Of a stretch of DNA of 64,000 nucleotides, positions 53,886 to 62,800 are shown one piece after another. The notes beneath the pieces were generated by a model that did no database searches, was not told the DNA's origin, and saw only the letters and a list, made by a program, of their open reading frames with translations. Both the position numbers and the translations under genes were made by a program. Position 1 is the first letter of the stretch. Each line of letters begins with the position of its first letter. The DNA is taken from positions 40,866 to 104,865 of IMG/VR virus record IMGVR_UViG_3300037467_001303, one strand, 5' to 3'. The stretch is from a virus.

Positions 53886-56800
53886 ATGTCCGACGATACC
53901 CAGCCGAACCCGTACGCCCAGTTTGTCGACAAGCCGGCCGATCCGGCCGCCCAACCGGCCAACCCGTACGCGCAGTTCGCCCAGCAGCCGGCCGGCGCCA
54001 ATCCGTATGCCCAGTATTCGTACGCGGGCGCGGACCAGCAGCCGGTCAAGCAGCGCGGCGCACTCGGCGAGATCGCCAACCAGCTCAAGGCCGGTTTCAT
54101 TTCCGACCTGCCGAAGATGGCCGGCCAGGCGCTGCAGTACGCCGTCGAGCCGGGCGACAAGCTGTACGACATCGGCAAGAGTATCGCGGACTACGGCCGT
54201 GCCCAGGCCCAGCGCCCGGACCTGCAGCCGCAGGAAAGCACCCACAACTTCGCCACCAACGCGCTGGCCTCCGGCGCGCGCATGATCCCGCAGTCGATCG
54301 TGCCCGCGATGGCGGTCGGCGCGGCGATCGCGCGGCCCACGTCGGCGCTGCCGATGGTGGCGCGGCTGGGCATCGGCTCGGTGGCCTCGTCGCTGCCGGC
54401 CGCCATGAGCCAGGGCCAGGAAACCCTGGACAAGGCCCATGAAAAGGGCGGCATCCCCGAAGACCAGGCGCGCGAAGCGGCGCGCATCACCGCGTTCGAG
54501 GAAGGCGCCGGCGAGTCGATCGGCACCTTCGCGCTGGGCAAGCTGTTCGGCATCGCCGGGCGCGCGCTCGGCAAGAGCCACGCCGGCACCGCCGCCGAGC
54601 AGGCCCTGGAAGGCGCGACCAACACCCAGGTCCTGAAACCCTGGCTGCGCCAGCTGCCCGAGACGATCGGCGTCGAGGTCGGCACCGAAATGGGCCAGAA
54701 CGCCTCGGAAGCCGAGACCGAGCGCCGCTACGGCATCGACGACCATTCGCCGTGGGACGCGGCCAAGGAAGCGATCGCCCCGACCGTCGGCATGACCCTG
54801 CTGCTGGCGCCGTTCGGCCTGGCCGGACACGGCATCGACGCCGGCCGCACCAAGCAACGCAACGACATCTTCCAGTCGCCGGACGCCGACCAGCAGCAGC
54901 GGACCCAGGTCGCCAACGAGATCGCCAGCCAGATTGGCGAGGTCGACAAGACCGCCGAGCGCAACTTCCGCGCCAACGTCGCGCGCGCGATCTCGGCCAA
55001 CGAGCCGCTGCCGATCGACGGCTCGCTGTTCGCCGACCCGTCCCAGCCGCGCCAGGCCCCGGCCACCCCGGCCGCAGGCAGCGCGCCCGCCAACCCGGAC
55101 GACCCGAGCGCAGGCGCCGCCGTCCCGGAGAACCCGCTGACGGCGGCCGCCGGCCGTTCGCCGCTGCGCGCGTTCCCGTTCCGCAACCAGGATCTGGCCC
55201 AGAAACAGGCCGATGCGCTGGCCGCCCGCGATGGCGTGCCGTACCAGGTGATCCCGCACCCGAAGCAGCAGGGCAAATTCATCGCCGTGCCGGTCGAGCA
55301 GTCGGGCGCGCAAGACGCCGCCGCCGCCGCCGCGCCGCTGGCCGAGGCCGCTGGCGTGGCCCCGCAGGACGGTGCAGCCCCGCCGGCCCCGGTCGGCCTG
55401 CAGCCGGGCGAGCCGGTGCAGGTGACGATCAATGGCGTGGACCAGTTCGAGAACGGCACCCAGCTGATCGACCTGTCCGACGATGGCCAGTGGGCGCGCG
55501 TGCAGGGGGCCGATGCCGCCGTGCCGGTCTCCAGCCTGACCCGGATCGACCCGGCGGCCGCCGCCGCGATCGACGCCGGCGCGCACCAGGCCGCCACCAG
55601 CGACCAGAACGACCGCAAGCCGCCGAGCGAAGCCCAGCAGCGCGCCGGCAACTACAAGAAGGGCGAGGCCGAGCTGCAGGGCATCCCCCTCATGGTCGAG
55701 AACCCGGTTGGCACCACCCGCGAGGGCACGGACCCGGACGGCGCGCCGTGGTCGACCACGATGTCGGACCACTACGGCTACATTCGCGGCACCAGGGGCG
55801 CCGACGGTGACGCGGTCGATACCTACATCGGCCCGAACCCGGCCAGCCACCACGTGTTCGTGATCGACCAGCTGGACCAGGACACCGGCGAATTCGACGA
55901 ACACAAGGTCATGCTCGGCTACAACAGCCCGGAGCAGGCGCAAAAAGCCTACGAGGCCCACTACACCCAGGGCTGGCAGGGCGGCGAGAACATCACCGCC
56001 ACCACCGTCGACGGCCTCAAGAAGTGGATCAAGGAAGGCGACACCACGGCGCCGTTCAACCCGGTCTATTTCGGCGGCGAGGCGCGCCCCAAGGAAGTTG
56101 CCGCACCGGCTGCGCCGGCGGCGAAGCCGCAGGGCCAGGCCGCCACCGGCCCGATCGAGATCCCGGGCAGCGTGACGCCGGAACAGAAGAAGGCCGCCGG
56201 CAACCAGGTCGCCGCTTCGCCCTACTTCATCATGAACGGGCGCACCTACGAGACCATCGACCGCAACAGCGGCAGCGGCACCGTGTGGGCCGCGCGCGCA
56301 ACGCTGCAGCCGGCGAAGCGAGGCGCCGGCGTGGGCGGCACCACCCAGTTCGATTTCGTCGAACATGACGGCCAGCTGTGGATGGCCGACAGCAAGGGAG
56401 ACAGGACGCGCCTGACGCCGGTGACGTTGACCGGCGCCCCGACCTGGGCCGGCGACGGCAAGCTCGACCCGCACGACGCGTATGTGCTCGAACGTTCCCT
56501 GGACGGCTACCACGAAGGCGTGACCGGCCGCGCGGCCGACATCCGCAAGTCGCTGCTCGCCTACCAGGCCGAGCTGCGTGGCGAACACCAGGGCGACAAG
56601 CTGATGCCGGACGACATTGTCTATGACGTGTCGGACACCCCGCGCGAATCGCAAAAGGTGGGCGCCAACGGCCCGATCACGGTCGTCGCCACCTCGCAAT
56701 CCACCGGCCAGCGTGGCCACGGCACCGGCCACACCGAGGAGGAAGCCGCCGCCAAGGCCCGCATGGGCCTGTGGACGAACCTGAACGAGCAGCGCAACAA

Positions 56801-59800
56801 GGCGGCGGCCGCGAAGCCGCAGGCCGAGGCCGCGCCGGCGCGCCCGGGCGTCCAGGCCGCCGAGCACAGCGAAATCATCGACGTGAAGGACTTCGTCGCC
56901 AAGTCGACCCCGGTCGGCAAGAACGACGCCGGCGAAGCGCTGTACGAGAGCGAGCGCGGGCGCTTCCGCCTGCGCAACGACCGCCCCGACCGTCCGCACG
57001 GCTACCCCGACTTCGGCGGCGACCTGTCCCCGAAGCGCAGCGACCAGTACAAGCGCTACCAGACCACGATCGAGCGCCAGCTGTCCAATGGCCAGGAGAT
57101 CCCGGCCGGCGTGCTGGAGCAGATCCGCGCCGACGAACGCCTCGACGATGGCGAGGCCGAAGACCTGCACGACATGGCCACCGGCGGCTTGAGGGGCGGG
57201 CCGGCGCAGAAGCTGTCGGCACAGCAGCTCCAATACAAGCTGCAGAACTACCGGAAGGACGGCCGCGACAAGGACGGCAACCAGGTCTGGCGCAAGTTCG
57301 ACGACGCCGGCGAGAGCGAGGTCGCGGTCGACAAGGACGGCCGCGTGGTGCGCGACCACGCCGTCACGCACACTTTCGACCTGGACGACAAGCGCAGTGT
57401 CGAAATGTCGGTCAACGGCCTGACCGGCCAGTGGTTCGCCACCGAGTACGACGCCAGGCACAACCAGATCAAGCGCGTGCTGCTGTCGGACGCCGACATG
57501 CAGCGCCGCGACCGCGAGAAGATGCTCGGCGAGAAGTTCGGCGCCGACAAGGTCGAGGAACTCGACCGCAAGGTTGCCCGCACCCCGGCCAAGGCCTGGG
57601 CCACGCGCCCGCACGCCCGCAAGGCGCCCGGCTTCAACCGCCAGGACTTCGAGAACGATGTCCGCGCGTATGACTGGGGCATCGTCGGCTCCAAGACGGA
57701 GCCGGCCAAGCTGGCCGCGCACAAGGCGCTGGGCAAGAAGCTGGCCGACCCGGGCAACTACGTGACCCCGGCCGAGCAGCGCGCCGAGCGGATCAAGAAG
57801 CTGGACGACGAGATCGCCAAGCGCAGCGCCGAGGTGGCGCAGATCGAGGCCGACAAGAAGGCGGCCGACGAGAAGAAGCAGGGCTGGCAGTACGTCACCA
57901 AGCTGAAGGTGGCGCGCGAGGCCCTGGCCAGCGCCAGGGAAACCCGCGACAGCCTGGCCGGCGCGCAGGCGCAGACCGACAAGGCCGCCGCCGAGCCGTC
58001 GACGGTCGAGAAGCCGTCCCTGCACGACCAGCTCGAAGCGCTGCTCGACGAGCAGGCGCACCACCCGGAGCGCAAGGATCGCAACACCGTAGCCGGCAAT
58101 CGCATCTTCTCGTTCAAGTTCCACACCTCGATCCCGGTCTCGCAGGAGGCCCTGGACCAGTTCGTCCCGCTCAAGGGTGACGCGCTGAAAGCGCGCACCG
58201 CCAAGGTCGAGAAACAGTGGGAAGAGGAGCGTGCCCGCCAGCAGGCCGAGAAGGACAACTTCCCGACCAGGGGTTTTGAACACGTCATCAAGCCGGAATC
58301 GTCCGACGTGCAGCTGCAGCTGGCGACCGCCAAGGGCTGGGGCTTTACGGAGAAGACGGTGCCGGTCCGCTATCCGGGCAGCATCGACACCGTGTTCCAC
58401 GACTACGAGCGCGGTCTGGAATACGACAATGGCAAGCCCAGCAGCACCAAGGATTCGGTGAAATTCGAGGTGCGGGTGGCGCAAGGTCCGAACGGCAACT
58501 GGACCTACTCGACCGCGTACAACGTGGGGAACAGTGGCGGCGCGAGCAGCGCACCGAGCATCTGGGACCCGCAGTATGCCACGCGCGAACAGGCCATCAC
58601 CGCCGGCAAGGACGAGCTGCTCGACCGCATGAAAGACCGCCCGGACGTGGTCAAGAAGATCGAGCGGGAGTACGCCAAGCTGGGCATCAGCGGCGAAGCG
58701 AAGGCGATCGCGCCCACCGGCGACTGGCCGTGGAAGGATTCGCCGTTCGCGGCGCGCATCGACGCCGCGCTGGCCAAGCTGGCCGCGCACGCCCCGGACT
58801 ACCTGCGGGCGTACCGCAGCGGCTTCGTGCAGGACGCCAACGCCAACCGCCTGACCGAGGAATCGGTGGCGTTCCGCGAGAAGAAGGTCGACCAGATCGT
58901 CGGCGAGAAGACCGGCAAGGCAACTGCCGTGCCGTTCACGCCGCTCGACGCGGCCGGCATGCAGAAGGTCAGCGACGTGTCCGACGCCCTGCCCAAGGAA
59001 ATCGTCGACGCCGCGATCGCCAGGTGGAACCCGGTCGCCGAGCAGCTGGCGCAACTGGGCTACCAGCACGGCGAGGTGTTTACCAACGCGCCGCAGGCCG
59101 CGCAGGCCCTGGAACGCCAGCTGAAGGACATCGCCAACGCCCTGATGAGCCTGGCGCCGCGCCGCTGGCTGGTCGAGCGCGACAAGAAGCTGGACCCGCC
59201 GAAGACGGAAAAGGAAGCCAAGCGCCGCGCCGCCACCCTGCGCCACCTGGAGCGCGCCGAGGACTACGCGACCGAAGTGCTGGGCATCAAGACCCGCGAT
59301 TACCCGGCCGTCGACACCGCGAACCGGATCACGCTGGCGGCCGGTATCCGCAAGAAGGCCGGCGAACTGGAGTCGAGCGACGAGGAGATCGCGGCATCGG
59401 CCGCCCCGGCCATGCAGCCGAAGGGCACCTGGCAGGAATCCGCCTTCGCCAAGCGCATCGAGACCATGATCGGGCAGCTGCGCGGCGTCGGCAACGACGA
59501 CATGGCGCGCGTGGTCGAGGACGACATGAAGACGGCCGCCGGGCGCGGCCTGCTCGACGAGGCCGAGGTCAAGCGCAAGGAAGAACTCACGCGCAACATC
59601 CTCGCCAAGGTGGCGCCAAAGCCCGGCCAGTCGATGGTCGTGACGAAGGGCAAGGACGGCCACCCGCAGGTGGATTTCTGGCGGATCGAGTTCAAGGGCG
59701 TCGTCCACGCCGATGTCGACCTGCCGGCGCCGCTGGTGGCGCGCGTGCAGAACGTGCTGCGCACCCGCCCGGACGCCTACCACCTGAGCCGCCCTTACCG

Positions 59801-62800
59801 CCAGAACGATACCCGCATCCACCTCGGCCAGGAAGACGACCGCAACGCCAACAGCCAGGCCTCGATGCTGCTGCTGGACAACGGCACCGTGGAAATGCTG
59901 GGCGACGATTCCCACCACTGGGGTTCGACCATGACCCAGGCCAGCGCGGTCAAGGCGCTGAACAACTGGCTGAACAGCCTGCCGGAGCTGGACCACAACC
60001 CGAGGAATCTGCCGAACGGCATGTGGGGCACGGTCGAGAACCCGCTGAAATTCGTCTCCGGCATGAGCCGGCCGGGCGACTACAGCAAGTTGTTCGAAGG
60101 CCACCGCAGCGTCGGCGTGATGGTCTCCGAGCTGTCCAACAGGGATGTCGACAAGGCCCTGGCCGAGCAGATGGCCAAGTCGAACGGCTACCTGTTCGTC
60201 GATTCGGGCGCGTTCCCGATCTATAAACTGAACGAGCGCGCGTTCGCCAAGGCGCTGGAAAAGGGTTTTGAGGATTTTAAAGGCGAACAGATCCTGACGT
60301 TCGACCAGATCCTGGAGCGCTACGAGCGCCTGGACCGGGCGATTTCGGAAGCCTCCGATGGCGAAGCCAACGACCGCGCCTTCTTCGTGATGCCCGACAT
60401 CGTCGGCCGGCAGGAGGAATCGCTGCGCCTGGTCGGCGAGTATGCCCGCACGATCAAGCAGTACGGCGACCGCGCCATCATCCCGCTGCAGTCGGGCAAG
60501 TTGAGCCTGACCCAGGCCTACGAGTCGGCCATGCTGGAGCTGGCGCGCGACCCGGACCTGGATGACGGCCCGGTCATCGGCATCCCGAGCGCGGCCGAAG
60601 CGGTCTCGAACGAGGAACTGACGGCCCTGCTGAAAAAGCACGGCGACCGCATCGCCGGCGTGCACGTGCTGGGGGCATACTCCGACCTGCGCCTGGCGCC
60701 GCGCCTGAAAGCGATCCGTGACGCCGGCTACGAGGGCAACGTCTCGGCCGACGCCAACCGCCTGCGCGCGCTGATGTATGGCGACCGCACCCGCGGCCAG
60801 GCCTGGGAGGAACTGTTCAACCAGTCGCAGCCCGAGGGCGGGCGCGTCGACACGACCGAGCAGCGCAAGGAAGAGGCCAGCAAGCTGGTGCTCGCCCGCT
60901 GGGGTTTTACCCAGGACACCGTCCCGGCCAACGGCGAGTTCGGCGACTGGGAAGTGGCGGTTCGCAAGGACAACGGCCGCTTCGGCAAGGAGCAGCTCGC
61001 ATTCGAGATCAACGTCGCACAGGCGCCGAACGGCAAGTGGGCGTATTCGGCCAGCTATAGCCAAGGCGGCACGACCGGCAACAAGATCGGCATGGGTACG
61101 CCCGGCGCCGCGCCGAAACTGGCCTCGCCGGCCTACGCCACCCGGATGCAGGCGATCGAGGCGGGTTCCGAGGCGATCCGCACCGACATGCTGAAAACCC
61201 ACGGCGACATCACCCGCCTGGCCGCGCCGCTGCACAACGCCGTCAAGCGACTCAAGGAGGCCGAGCAGGAAGCGGCCAAGCCGGCGAAGGCCGACAGGCG
61301 CGTCGTGAAAGGCTTTGCGACCATGGAGCAGGAGGCCGCGCGCCTCAAGCAGCTGCAGGAGATCGTGCGCTACCAAGCCATGCCGACCGCCGGCCTGACC
61401 TCCGAGCAGAGGAAGACCATCACGCGCGGCATCAGCGGCGCGCAGAAGGCGCTGGGCCAGCTGCCGGCCGGCCGCCTGACGCTGGCTGGCGCACGCGACC
61501 TGCGCGGAGTCGCCGATCCCTTGAACAGCAAGCTGTTCAAGGACTGGGTCGAGAACATCCGCATCCGCATCGAGGAAAAGACCCCGGCCGACCTGCACGC
61601 CGTCTATGCCAACTACCGCCACGACCGCAACGGCGAGCAGCCGCTGACGAAGGAATTTGTCGCGCAGATGCTGGCCGAGCAGGTCGGCAAGACGGAGCGC
61701 CCGCTGGCCGAACCGGGCTGGCTCGGCACGCTGAACGACGACCAGGTCGAGGACGTGCGGGACGCCATGCAGGACCTGCGCGAGCAATCGAACACGTTGC
61801 TGCGCGAGTACGAACGGCTGGCGCCGGTGGATGGCATCGCCCCGCAGGGCGGCGCCTACGTCGACGCGCTGGCGCGCGGGCAGGCCCTGGCCACCCTGCT
61901 CCAGCGCGTGGCGCAAGGCGACACCGTGAGCGAGGCCAAGATCCGCGCCAAGCTGTTCGGCAGCCAGATCCTGGGCAACGCCGCCCACACGGACAACCCG
62001 ATCCATCGCAGCGCCGAGCCGCTCAACCGCTTCATCGACGAGGCCGGCGCGAAGATCATCGAGGCCAGCGAGATCGACGCCCAGATCAAGGCGAGAACGG
62101 ATGCAGCGAAAACGAAACCCGCGCCGTTCACCGAAGCGCCGGTCCGCAACTACACGGTGGAGCGCGCCGCAGCCAACAGCGTGAAGCTGCGCCCATTGCC
62201 GGGACAGAGTTTCAGCCAGGAGGACATCGCGGCGCTGCAGTCCTGGTTGAAGGAGAACGGCTGGAGTGCGTTCTCGGAGAAGAACTACGTGCATGGCATC
62301 GGACCGACCGGCGCCGCATGGAGCGACGTGCCGGACGCAGACCGCGTGACCAAAAAGGACGCCGCGGCACAGGCCGCCAGCGACAAACGCGATGCCGAGC
62401 GCAAGGCTGCCGAGGAAAGCCGGGCGGCCGATCTCGCGCGCCTCGGATCGGCCGCTTGGATCGACCAGGTCTTCGGCACCGATAGCATGAACGGCTTCAA
62501 CAAGGCGGCGTTGGCGCGCTACCTGGATGGTGAGGCGGCGCAGTTCGCAGGCTTGATGAACCACAAGTGGGAAGCCGGGCTGCGCACGCTCGGCTTGCAG
62601 GAAGCCGATCTCGCAAACGGACGGGTCGACGACATCTTGCAGAAGGTGAAGCGTGCTTACGACCAGGCGAAAACCGCCCCGCGACTCAACCCGGAAACCA
62701 AGCCCGCACCGCGCCAGATCACCGACGACGAGCTGTTCGACGCCGATTTCCAGGACGCACTCGGCCACCTGGGCGACGTGCTGGGCGACGTGTTCGGCGG

